A DNA stretch of 17,123 nucleotides from positions 1 through 17,123 of the forward strand of contig JABLTI010000058.1 of NCBI GenBank assembly GCA_013166835.1, written 5' to 3'. A model generated the notes under the pieces. It was not told the origin of the DNA and did not search any database. It worked only from the letters and a program-made list of their open reading frames with translations. The translations under genes and the position numbers were made by a program. This document shows positions 7,492-16,459 of the stretch, in pieces. The stretch's first letter is position 1, and the number at the start of each line of letters is the position of its first letter. This stretch comes from Promethearchaeati archaeon (GTDB taxonomy: Archaea; Asgardarchaeota; Heimdallarchaeia; JABLTI01).

Positions 7492-9027
7492 ATGAATGTT
7501 GTACAACAAAATGAACCAGGTGAAAACCCTGATCAAGAAGAAAAAGAACAAGAAGTTAATGAAGAAGAAATTACTGAAGAAGATGAAGGACCAGGCAAAT
7601 TTGATAAAGAAGAATATATCTACCAGAAACTCGTCAAGAAAAGAAACCATACGTATTCATGTATTGCAAATGTGTTGAAGAATTATAATCATAAACATGT
7701 TCTTAATGCTTTTATTCCTGAAAGAGAAAAACTTGCTATGAGATTGGCTACAATTCTCATGACGAAAGATGGTCTCTCTGCAAGTGATTTCAGCAATTTA
7801 TCTATTTCATCAACCTCTACAAGTCAAGAATCACAAACAACAAATGAGATCATAAGTTTATCAGCTATTAATTTCTTAATTAATCAAGTCCATTCTCTAT
7901 CTGCTGATGACGATGGTGAAATGGAATTTTCAGATGATGCAAAGAAACACCTCACAGAGCTCGCAATAGAATGGGCTCAACTTCGAGATCAAGCCTTTAT
8001 GTTCTCTAATGGAATGATTAAACTTGAATATGAATTACATGATAATCTTCATTTCATTGAAACTGAATTGTATTTTGAAACAGAAAGAAAATTGAAGAGC
8101 ATAGGAATAGATCAAAAAACTGGAACAAGTACGAAATTAAAGGAGAAGAGAGATCAACGTCGTAAAATGACCGACAGAACCATTACTGAACTAGTTGATA
8201 TGGTGAAATCTTGGCATAGTGAAATAGCATTTCTGCGAAGGATCACTGAATTTTATGCTTCTATGAGGCAACTAAATGAGGAGGAAATTGAAGCATTATC
8301 AATTCTTTTTGAAAACTTTGGTCCTTTAATGGCATTAAAAGATCTGAAGAATCCATTTAAAGAAATAAAAATAACGCATATAGAGGAATTACAAGGAAAA
8401 AGAGAAAGTTTGGGTCCAACCGAAGAAATGAGATTATTACTATACGAAACAATCATGACTTTCCAACTTGGAAAAGAAGACGTTCCGTACTTCCTCTGTA
8501 GAATTATTACAAAGAAAAACGAAGAATATCTGCAAATTCCTATAATTTCATTACTCCTGTTCTCAAGATTCTGCAATTCATATGGTGAAACAACAAGAAG
8601 CAAAAAAGCCCATGATCTAGAACTAATTGTTTCAGAGATATCTGAATTAGCTGGATGGATGGTTGTAGACCAAAATGTCGAAATATTGAGTGAAGGAGAT
8701 ACTGTTACTGAGATTGATTTAATCATTCGCAGAAATAAAACAGATATAATAGTTGAAGTAAAAGATTTGGCTCTCTGGAGAGGATGGTATTTTGACCGGG
8801 AAAGCCTCATCAAAAGATACGAGATTTTCGCAATAGCTGCAAAGAAATTAAGAGAAAGAAGATTACTACTAAAAACAACAAATGCTAAACTGCTAATAGT
8901 TACTGCTTTAAACGAACGATGGAAAAAAGTAGATGGAATACCAATAGTGCCACTCAAATCATTAAACAAATACCTCAAGAAGCTTAAAAGACTAGAAAGT
9001 AAAAGATCAAAACCCGCGAGAAGATAA
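7492..9027 (+). CDS. Large protein with a C-terminal PD-(D/E)XK (restriction endonuclease/NERD-like) nuclease domain
   Basis: KAHDLELIV...GW...EIDLIIRRNKTDIIVEVKD gives the E...D-x12-EVK catalytic motif (about 8710-8763). The N-terminus is acidic and the middle is helical and unassigned. Confidence 0.75.
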   Translation: MNVVQQNEPGENPDQEEKEQEVNEEEITEEDEGPGKFDKEEYIYQKLVKKRNHTYSCIANVLKNYNHKHVLNAFIPEREKLAMRLATILMTKDGLSASDFSNLSISSTSTSQESQTTNEIISLSAINFLINQVHSLSADDDGEMEFSDDAKKHLTELAIEWAQLRDQAFMFSNGMIKLEYELHDNLHFIETELYFETERKLKSIGIDQKTGTSTKLKEKRDQRRKMTDRTITELVDMVKSWHSEIAFLRRITEFYASMRQLNEEEIEALSILFENFGPLMALKDLKNPFKEIKITHIEELQGKRESLGPTEEMRLLLYETIMTFQLGKEDVPYFLCRIITKKNEEYLQIPIISLLLFSRFCNSYGETTRSKKAHDLELIVSEISELAGWMVVDQNVEILSEGDTVTEIDLIIRRNKTDIIVEVKDLALWRGWYFDRESLIKRYEIFAIAAKKLRERRLLLKTTNAKLLIVTALNERWKKVDGIPIVPLKSLNKYLKKLKRLESKRSKPARR

Positions 9028-9061
9028 TCTCTTCTCATTCTTTTTCCAAAGCAGCTATCAG

Positions 9062-9826
9062 TTAATTAAGGGATTCTTTTTCTTCAGCCCTTATCTTCTT
9101 CAAAGTTTTTATTTCAATAATACTGTCTTCATCTTCATCTGGTAAGGGGTGTAAATTATCAAATCGTCTTAGCAAATCAAAATAGACTATGATTTGCAGA
9201 ATAGCAGCAATATATGAAAACATGTGCATAAAGATCAATGCAACACTATCTGTGTAGTCAATATTAACAAGATTTAAGATATTGCTGATAGGATAAACCA
9301 AGGCAAAAAATCCGAAGAGATAGGGAAGAGGACCTCTGCCATAACCAATACCTGCCCTATTACGCAATTGATTTTGGAATATATCAAAAGTAATGAAAGT
9401 CACAATTATTAGTAGTGTGGTAGACAGATCAAAAATCTGAATAAGATTGTACAAAAATTCCTGCATAATTCCACTTGCTAGCTCAGTAATTCGGAAGAAA
9501 ATGTATGCTATCTTTATCCCAACTTGAATGACCAAAAGAGTTGCAGCTAAAACCCCAAATTTGGAAAATCGTAAATAATAAAATCCTAATAATATCATTC
9601 CTACTGCTAAAGTCACAATGAAAATCAAATATATGGAATTTGTAACTATTTTTTCGATGGGTTCAAAAGTCGCAGGAGGGTTGCCACCAAAAGTAGTATG
9701 AATAACTATGAATCTAATTAATGTCCAAGCAGTATCAATTACCAATAAAGCGATGAGCATCCTTGTTCCAAGCTTTGAGAGATACTTAGCATATCGATAA
9801 CTTATTCCCATAAAATTATCCGCCAA
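9062..9826 (-). CDS. Integral membrane protein (about 6 TM helices), function unknown
   Basis: Six hydrophobic segments of about 20 aa and a charged C-terminal tail; TTG start. Confidence 0.8.
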   Translation of the reverse strand: MADNFMGISYRYAKYLSKLGTRMLIALLVIDTAWTLIRFIVIHTTFGGNPPATFEPIEKIVTNSIYLIFIVTLAVGMILLGFYYLRFSKFGVLAATLLVIQVGIKIAYIFFRITELASGIMQEFLYNLIQIFDLSTTLLIIVTFITFDIFQNQLRNRAGIGYGRGPLPYLFGFFALVYPISNILNLVNIDYTDSVALIFMHMFSYIAAILQIIVYFDLLRRFDNLHPLPDEDEDSIIEIKTLKKIRAEEKESLN

Positions 9827-10028
9827 ATCAATTTGATAATAAGTAATGCGATTTTACAAACTATTTCAATAAAGTTCTTTGTATTAAAATAATTTGTTCA
9901 TATTCTTGTTTCTGTTATTAACGATGCAAAGAGCAAAACTAACTCGAAAAACAAAATAATTACTCACGAAACTAGTAGTTACTCACATAAATAGATATAT
10001 TTAAAACGTTTGTTTTACTAAAAACTAT

Positions 10029-10118
10029 TTGCTGTAAAAGCAATCCGAAAAAAAGGAAAATAAATTATTAAGGATAAATTAAAATAACTAATCTTTCCGA
10101 ATTTTGCTCAAAGAGCAA
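10029..10118. promoter_or_regulatory. Two copies of palindrome TTGCT-N5-AGCAA, candidate operator for grpE-dnaK
   Basis: TTGCT-GTAAA-AGCAA at 10029-10043 and TTGCT-CAAAG-AGCAA at 10104-10118. A partial copy, CAAAGAGCAA, is at 9927-9936. Confidence 0.5.
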
Positions 10119-10150
10119 GTATTTCATAAAAATTGGAGATTGATTAATAA

Positions 10151-10807
10151 GTGACTGAATCAGAAGAAGAGACTATTGTATCAGAGGTCGAAGAGATTAT
10201 TAAAGCATTGGAAAAAGATTCGAAAACACAGAAATTGATCAAAGAATTAGATAAGATTCTAGATGGAATTAGTCTAAAAGATATTCTCGTTACAAATAAA
10301 AAAATGATTACAGATGCTGAACAAGCGAAAAAAGAGAAGGAAGAATACTTGTCTTTGCTACAAAGATTTAAAGCAGATTTTGAAAATTACAAGAAGCGTG
10401 CTCAGAAACAAGCAGATAACAACGTTCGATATTCCTCCGAAAAAATCCTTTCTAAAATCTTTAATCCAATTGAGAATATTGAAAGAGCAATTGAATTTGC
10501 AAAAGAGAACAATAAAGAAACAGTTCCTTTAGAAGGTATCAAAATAATCCAAGGACAATTATCTCGAATATTAGAGGAAGAAGGAGTAGCACTCATTAAT
10601 CCTATACAAGGGGAGAAATTCGATCCTTTCTATCATGAAGCAGTTTGTGTTGATCCCACAGGAAATTTTGAGCCTGGAGTAGTCGTTCAATTACTTGAGA
10701 ATGGGTACAAAATAAAAGAAAAAGTGATGCTTGCAGCAAAAGTTATGGTTTCAGCAGAAAAAGAAGAAACCAAAGAAGAAGTAGAAGAAGAAAAACTAAG
10801 TGAATAA
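10151..10807 (+). CDS. grpE: Nucleotide exchange factor GrpE
   Basis: LQRFKADFENYKKR, IENIERA, GEKFDPFYHEAV, GYKIKEKVMLAAKVMV. Adjacent to dnaK; GTG start with a GGAG SD. Confidence 0.96.
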   Translation: MTESEEETIVSEVEEIIKALEKDSKTQKLIKELDKILDGISLKDILVTNKKMITDAEQAKKEKEEYLSLLQRFKADFENYKKRAQKQADNNVRYSSEKILSKIFNPIENIERAIEFAKENNKETVPLEGIKIIQGQLSRILEEEGVALINPIQGEKFDPFYHEAVCVDPTGNFEPGVVVQLLENGYKIKEKVMLAAKVMVSAEKEETKEEVEEEKLSE

Positions 10808-10833
10808 TTAATAATAAATAAAGGTGACAAAAT

Positions 10834-12726
10834 ATGGCAAAAGTTGTTGGTATAGATTTAGGAACCACAAATTCCGGAATTGCATATATGGAAGGTGGAA
10901 CACCAACCATTATTCCAAATGCTGAAGGTGGTAGAATCACTCCATCTGTTGTTACAATAACAGAAGATGGCGAGCAAATTGTTGGTGAAATAGCTAAAAG
11001 ACAAGCAATATCAAAACCAAAACGAACAATTCGCTCTATCAAACGAAAAATGGGTTCTACTCATAGAGATAGAATTGATGGTAAAGATTACACCCCACAA
11101 GAAATTTCTGCAATGATTCTAAGAAAATTAAAGAAGGATGCAGAAGATTTCCTAGGAGAAGAAATAAAACAAGCTGTAATTACTTGTCCAGCATATTTCA
11201 CTGATAGTCAAAGACAAGCTACAAAAGATGCAGGAAAAATAGCAGGATTAGAGGTTTTAAGAATAATTAATGAACCAACTGCTGCTTGTTTGGCCTACGG
11301 AGTAGGAAAAGAAAAAGAAGAAACAATTCTAGTTTTCGACCTTGGTGGAGGAACATTCGATGTTTCTATTCTTGAAACCTATGTTGAAGAAGGAGACACA
11401 ATGTTTGAAGTAAAAGCCACTAGTGGTAATAATTTGCTAGGTGGAGATGATTTTGATGATAGAATCATAAAATGGGTTGTTGAGCAATTCAAGAAACAAG
11501 AAGGAATTGACATAACCAAGAATGCTTCAGCTATGCAACGAATTAAAGATGCTTCAGAAAAGGCTAAAATGGAATTATCATCAAAACAAAGAGCTTTTGT
11601 TGACATCCCATATGCTACTGTAGATAAAGAAGGGCAACCAATCAATATAAACTATGAAATTACTAGATCACAATTCCAAAGAATGACTGATGATCTAATA
11701 GAAAAAACTATGGGACCAACAAGACAAGCACTTAAAGATTCAAAGAAGAAAGCATCTGAAATTAACAAAGTCCTTCTTGTAGGTGGAGCTACTAGAATGC
11801 CTGCTGTGAGAGATGAAATTGCTAAAATGTTCGGGGAAAAGACAATCTATAAAGGAATTAATCCTGACGAATGTGTTGCAATAGGTGCAGCAGTGCAAGC
11901 TGGAGTAATAAAAGGTGATGTAAAAGATGTTCTTCTTTTAGATGTTACTCCATTAACTCTTGGAATTGAAACACTCGGACAAGTATTCACTCCAATTGTT
12001 GACAGAAACACAACTATACCCACAAGTAAAAGTCAAATCTTTTCAACAGCAAGTGACAATCAACCAAGTGTAGAAATCCATGTCTTACAAGGCGAAAGGA
12101 AATTTGCGAAAGATAATGTTACATTAGGAAAATTCCAGTTAATTGGAATCCCTCCCGCACCACGAGGTGTCCCTCAAGTTGAAGTAACCTTCGATTTGGA
12201 TGTCAATGGAATCGTATCAGTAAAAGCAAAAGACCTTGGAACTGGAAACGAACAAAAAGTAACCGTTTCATCACCAAGTGGTGTTGACAAAAAGGATATA
12301 GAGGAAATGGTCAAAAATGCAGAGCAATACGAAGAAGAAGATAGTAAACGACTTGAAGAAGTTCAGTTAAAGAATGAAGCAGAACATCTCGTTTACAGTG
12401 TTGATAAGGTACTCAAAGATTTCAAAGATAAAGTAACAGAAGAAGAAACCAAATCTGTAAAAGAAAAGCAAGAAGAACTCCGACAAGTTTTAGCAACAGA
12501 TGACTACGATGACATCAAAAAGAAGAAAGAAAGCCTAATGGAAGAATTACAACAAATCTCCTCTAGAATATATCAACAAGCTGGTGGACAACCAGGAGCT
12601 GGTTTTGATCCAAGCCAATTTGCCGAAGGAGCAGGACCATCATTTGCTCCTCCTGGCACACAAGAAAAACCAGAGGAAGAACATGTTGTTGATGTTGACT
12701 ACGAAGTCGAAGAAGACGAAGAGTAG
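10834..12726 (+). CDS. dnaK: Molecular chaperone DnaK (Hsp70)
   Basis: [79 protein letters not shown]. Confidence 0.99.
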   Translation: MAKVVGIDLGTTNSGIAYMEGGTPTIIPNAEGGRITPSVVTITEDGEQIVGEIAKRQAISKPKRTIRSIKRKMGSTHRDRIDGKDYTPQEISAMILRKLKKDAEDFLGEEIKQAVITCPAYFTDSQRQATKDAGKIAGLEVLRIINEPTAACLAYGVGKEKEETILVFDLGGGTFDVSILETYVEEGDTMFEVKATSGNNLLGGDDFDDRIIKWVVEQFKKQEGIDITKNASAMQRIKDASEKAKMELSSKQRAFVDIPYATVDKEGQPININYEITRSQFQRMTDDLIEKTMGPTRQALKDSKKKASEINKVLLVGGATRMPAVRDEIAKMFGEKTIYKGINPDECVAIGAAVQAGVIKGDVKDVLLLDVTPLTLGIETLGQVFTPIVDRNTTIPTSKSQIFSTASDNQPSVEIHVLQGERKFAKDNVTLGKFQLIGIPPAPRGVPQVEVTFDLDVNGIVSVKAKDLGTGNEQKVTVSSPSGVDKKDIEEMVKNAEQYEEEDSKRLEEVQLKNEAEHLVYSVDKVLKDFKDKVTEEETKSVKEKQEELRQVLATDDYDDIKKKKESLMEELQQISSRIYQQAGGQPGAGFDPSQFAEGAGPSFAPPGTQEKPEEEHVVDVDYEVEEDEE

Positions 12727-12732
12727 GTAAGA

Positions 12733-12759
12733 AATTGTTAGTGATTAACACTAACAATT
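12733..12759. terminator. Perfect 11-bp hairpin between convergent dnaK and hydrolase genes
   Basis: AATTGTTAGTG-attaa-CACTAACAATT, with a T-rich tract shortly downstream on the + strand. Confidence 0.65.
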
Positions 12760-14555
12760 CAATAATTTTTTTTCTTTTGATTATATTTTCTAATTATACT
12801 ATGACAAATTGGGATTAGAAAGAATACACTTAGAATAAATATTGATTTCATTGAAGCGGGGGAGCTTGGGGTAGTTGTTTCTTCAGGATAGGTTCCATTG
12901 CTATTTATTGGAAAAATGATATGTGAGGGATGACTTGAATTATGATATATTGTATTGTTAGCAATATATGTTTGGTTATTTGTAAAAATGGGTGCTCCAT
13001 TATTCGGATTTGCATTGAATCTTGGATAATTTGAACTAGATATAGCGATTCTGATTTTATGTCCTTCATTGAAAATATATGATGTGCTCCATAAATTAAT
13101 TTCTACTTCTACAATTTCTCCGGGAGTAAGTAACTCTGGGGATGTATTATTACTTCGATATTTAGCTCTAACAATACCATCCTGTATAAGCATGGATCGA
13201 CCATCTGGATAAAGATCTGTAATTTTAACAGTAAAATCTGTATCAGAGCAATTTGAAGAAACCCAGAGATGGGCTTTCATTTCTCCGGTAATTTCCAAAG
13301 GCTCAATAATTGTATCTGAGCTGAAAATAATAACATCCTCTCTAGATTCAAGACTTGTTTGGTCATGAGGTCCAAAAGCTATGTTTAGATTTCCCCCACC
13401 AATTGTCGGAACAGGATTATTTGGGTCATAATAAAAATTATCGGCTTCCTCATTTCCATCTGGTAAATCTTTCGAAATTAGACCACCATCTCGAAGATAG
13501 AATTTAGTATAATTAACAGGGATTGGCCAATTCGATGATGAACGCCAGAAATTCCCAAGTGAACCAGCAGAATCAGGTCCCATACAATAATATCTAACAG
13601 TTGATTGAGAATACAATCCATTTTGTTGTTCTTTTAAATAATATTCAAAGAAATCATACATTAAAGGTGAATAGAGATCATCAATTGCATTACTTGGAAA
13701 AGTAATTTCTCCTTGTGTACGATCAAAATACGTTCCATGCCCCCAAGGACCAATAACTAAGAAGGATTTTCCTTTGGTTGATTCACTACTATTGTATTGG
13801 TAACCCATGAAGCCGTCTATTGTTCCTTGACTGAAAACATCAAACCAACCTGCTTGGAAGACTCCTGGAGTATTAACTTGATCATATTTATTTACAAGAG
13901 TTACGTTATTCCAAAGATGAGTAAAATTCTCATTTTCATATATTAATGGTAGCCAGAATGAACTACCAATAGAGCTTAACCATCCTTCTACTAACGCTAA
14001 TCGAAATGCACCACCAGGATACAATACATCTCGGTAAAAGTCCGGAGATGCAATCTGAATTGCTTGAGCAGTTAAACCTGGAGGATTAGCAAGATGCATG
14101 AAAAATTGATTAATCCCTAAAGCTGAAGCTCCATAAGTACCAATTTTACCATTACACCAAGATTGCGTAAGAATCCACTGAATTGTATCAAAAGCATCAG
14201 TGGATGCGTTTTGAAAAACCATATCTGTGCCTTCTGAAGCAAATCTCCCTCGCATATCTTGACTGATTGTTATATAACCTCTTAGAGAGGTAAAAATTGT
14301 TGCAAATATTGACAATCCATCCTTATTGTATGGAGTGCGAATAAGAATTACCGCTCTAGATCCCTCACCAATGAAATCGGGTAAATAGATATCAGTCGCT
14401 AAATTAACACCATCCCTCATTTCTATCATTACAGTGGATTTATTATAATTTGGAGTGAAGTTATTTGTTAAGCTATTTTTCTGCGCATTGGTAACTATAG
14501 GGTTCCAAATAAAAAATAAACAAATTGAGATTGTTAAGATGATTTTTTTATTCAT
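12759..14555 (-). CDS. CocE/NonD family hydrolase (peptidase S15-like), secreted with a C-terminal membrane anchor
   Basis: MRDGVNLATDIYLP, RTPY, QDMRGRFASEG, nucleophile elbow GASALG, GWFD, GPWGH, YDPNNPVPTIGG, SSSNYPRF. N-terminal signal peptide; C-terminal Thr/Ser/Pro linker, TM segment and basic tail. Confidence 0.93.
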   Translation of the reverse strand: MNKKIILTISICLFFIWNPIVTNAQKNSLTNNFTPNYNKSTVMIEMRDGVNLATDIYLPDFIGEGSRAVILIRTPYNKDGLSIFATIFTSLRGYITISQDMRGRFASEGTDMVFQNASTDAFDTIQWILTQSWCNGKIGTYGASALGINQFFMHLANPPGLTAQAIQIASPDFYRDVLYPGGAFRLALVEGWLSSIGSSFWLPLIYENENFTHLWNNVTLVNKYDQVNTPGVFQAGWFDVFSQGTIDGFMGYQYNSSESTKGKSFLVIGPWGHGTYFDRTQGEITFPSNAIDDLYSPLMYDFFEYYLKEQQNGLYSQSTVRYYCMGPDSAGSLGNFWRSSSNWPIPVNYTKFYLRDGGLISKDLPDGNEEADNFYYDPNNPVPTIGGGNLNIAFGPHDQTSLESREDVIIFSSDTIIEPLEITGEMKAHLWVSSNCSDTDFTVKITDLYPDGRSMLIQDGIVRAKYRSNNTSPELLTPGEIVEVEINLWSTSYIFNEGHKIRIAISSSNYPRFNANPNNGAPIFTNNQTYIANNTIYHNSSHPSHIIFPINSNGTYPEETTTPSSPASMKSIFILSVFFLIPICHSIIRKYNQKKKNY

Positions 14556-14576
14556 AGGATAAACCAGCTATTATTC

Positions 14577-15431
14577 CTATAATGACTCCTTCCGACCGAA
14601 TTTATCTCGACCAAATTTCCCGAAATCACTAATTTCTTTTAATTGATCTTGATCAAACACTGGTCCATCTATACATAATCGCAAACCAACAGGATCAACA
14701 GTACATTGACCACACAATCCAATTGCACATTTAAAGTAACGGTCTGCTAAGCAAGCTTCTACTGGGATTGATTGTTTTGTTGCTAGCTTCCATACAGCAA
14801 ACATCATGAGCTCAGGACCACAAGTATACATTTGATCATATTTTGCTTCACTTGTGATTGCATCTTCCAGGCATTCTGTAGCGAAACCTTTGAAACCATA
14901 TGTGCCATCATCTGTGCTAGGTTTATATTGGAAATTCTTCTGTTCTTTCATTAATTCTTCAAAATATGAACGAAAAGCCAATTCATCTTTTGATCTTGCC
15001 CCATGAAATAATGTAATATTAAGTCCCATAACCACTAATCTTTCTATTAAGAACTTTGTTGGAGCAATTCCTGTTCCTCCTCCAATTACTCCGATTTTAT
15101 TTCCTTTGATAGTGAATCCTTTTCCGTATGGACCTTTTATTCCAATTTTATCACCTTTCTTTAGCTTATGAAAAGCGGTTGTTGCCGGGCCAATTTTAGC
15201 TACTGCAAACATAATCTCTCCTGTTTTCTGAATTGCTCTAGCAATACCCATAGGTTTCTCGTCAACTCCTAACAACCACATCATAGCAAATTGACCTGGT
15301 TCTGCAATTTTTGCAATTTCCGGTATAGTTAATGTATAGGATTTCACAGGAACACGACAATCTGGTGGTGTTTCATCACTGATTTTTTCGATTTTTGTAA
15401 CCTTTAGTAATCCGAGTTTTTTAATAGTCAT
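14577..15431 (-). CDS. pyrK: Dihydroorotate dehydrogenase B electron transfer subunit
   Basis: PGQFAM, GPYGKGF, GGGTGIAP, TDDGTYG, CGPELMM, and the 2Fe-2S motif CAIGLCGQC...CIDGPVF. Adjacent to pyrD. Confidence 0.95.
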   Translation of the reverse strand: MTIKKLGLLKVTKIEKISDETPPDCRVPVKSYTLTIPEIAKIAEPGQFAMMWLLGVDEKPMGIARAIQKTGEIMFAVAKIGPATTAFHKLKKGDKIGIKGPYGKGFTIKGNKIGVIGGGTGIAPTKFLIERLVVMGLNITLFHGARSKDELAFRSYFEELMKEQKNFQYKPSTDDGTYGFKGFATECLEDAITSEAKYDQMYTCGPELMMFAVWKLATKQSIPVEACLADRYFKCAIGLCGQCTVDPVGLRLCIDGPVFDQDQLKEISDFGKFGRDKFGRKESL

Positions 15432-15448
15432 GTGTTTTTTTCCTCATT

Positions 15449-16378
15449 CTAATCTTTATGAGCTAAACCCACGATATCAGTAGTTTTGCTAAAACCTTCT
15501 GATTTAAGATAATTCTTCAATCCATCAGCTAATTCATTGAAAATTGAGATGTTTACAGGATCCTTACAATAAGATATTGCAGTTCCAACTTGTACTGCAG
15601 AAGCTCCAGCGAGTATAAATTCAACGACATCTTCCCAATTGGAAATTCCTCCAACACCAATAATAGGTACTTTATCTCCGAAGGAGGAATACATATCATA
15701 AACACATTTTAGTGCTACAGGTTTTACTGCTGGACCTGACAAACCTCCGAACTTGTTAGCAAGAATTGGCTTACGATAATTTATGTCAATAGCCATCGCT
15801 CGAAGAGTATTTATTACTACAATACCGTCTGCTCCTCCAGAAACGGCCGCTTCAGCTGGGACACGTAAATCTGAAAGATTGGGAGATATTTTAACATAAA
15901 CGGGGACCTTTACAATCTTCTTTACTTCTCGAGTAATCTCTTCCACTAATTCTTTGTCTTGACCAATAATGGAACCATATTTTCCTCCATGAGGGCAAGA
16001 CACATTTAATTCAAAAGCATCAGGATTTCCCTTGAGAAGTGTTTTGGCAACAAGAATGAATTCTTCTGTATCTTTCCCAAAGATACTAGCTATTATTGGT
16101 GCGTTTGTTCTCTTCTTGGTTTCAATTATCTCAGTTACGAATTCTTCGCATCCTGGATTTGGAAGTCCCATTGCATTAATTAAATTTCCATTTCCAAGTT
16201 CCACAACAGTTGGATTCGGATAGCCTGCTTTTGGTATAGGACCGATGGATTTTGTAGTTATTCCTCCACATCCAGCATTCGCTACTCGAGTCATAACCGA
16301 AGCATTTACTCCTAAAACACCAGATGCTAGTATGAATGGATTTTTAAGTTTTAAACTTCCAATTGTAGTCTCAATCAA
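15449..16378 (-). CDS. pyrD: Dihydroorotate dehydrogenase family 1B catalytic subunit
   Basis: LKNPFILASG, TKS, NAMGLPNPG, ELNVSCPH (catalytic Cys), KISPN, INT, GGLSGPAVKP, IIGVGGI, AGASAVQVGTA. An AGGAG SD precedes TTG 16378 (the track start is 16420). Confidence 0.96.
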   Translation of the reverse strand: MIETTIGSLKLKNPFILASGVLGVNASVMTRVANAGCGGITTKSIGPIPKAGYPNPTVVELGNGNLINAMGLPNPGCEEFVTEIIETKKRTNAPIIASIFGKDTEEFILVAKTLLKGNPDAFELNVSCPHGGKYGSIIGQDKELVEEITREVKKIVKVPVYVKISPNLSDLRVPAEAAVSGGADGIVVINTLRAMAIDINYRKPILANKFGGLSGPAVKPVALKCVYDMYSSFGDKVPIIGVGGISNWEDVVEFILAGASAVQVGTAISYCKDPVNISIFNELADGLKNYLKSEGFSKTTDIVGLAHKD

Positions 16379-16459
16379 TATCTTAGTTCTCCTTATAGTT
16401 TTACGTAGATAGTATATCAAAAAATTTTTGGAGAAAAACGAAAGGAAGGTGAGTTTCTC

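Noticed and set aside
8253-9038. 261-aa antisense ORF
   Set aside because: Shadow of the nuclease CDS, with Ser/Ile/Phe bias typical of a reverse-complement frame and no motifs.
10584-10594. TAGCACTC CIRCE-like half-site
   Set aside because: It lies inside the grpE CDS and has no second arm at 9-nt spacing.
2490-16223. Other short ORFs in the track (2490, 6085, 7354, 7496, 10314, 10402, 10743, 11379, 12563, 16032)
   Set aside because: All overlap well-supported genes in other frames or strands and have no recognisable features.
6731-16378. pyrH with pyrD-pyrK as one pyrimidine cluster
   Set aside because: They are about 7 kb apart on opposite strands with unrelated genes between, so there is no evidence of co-regulation.
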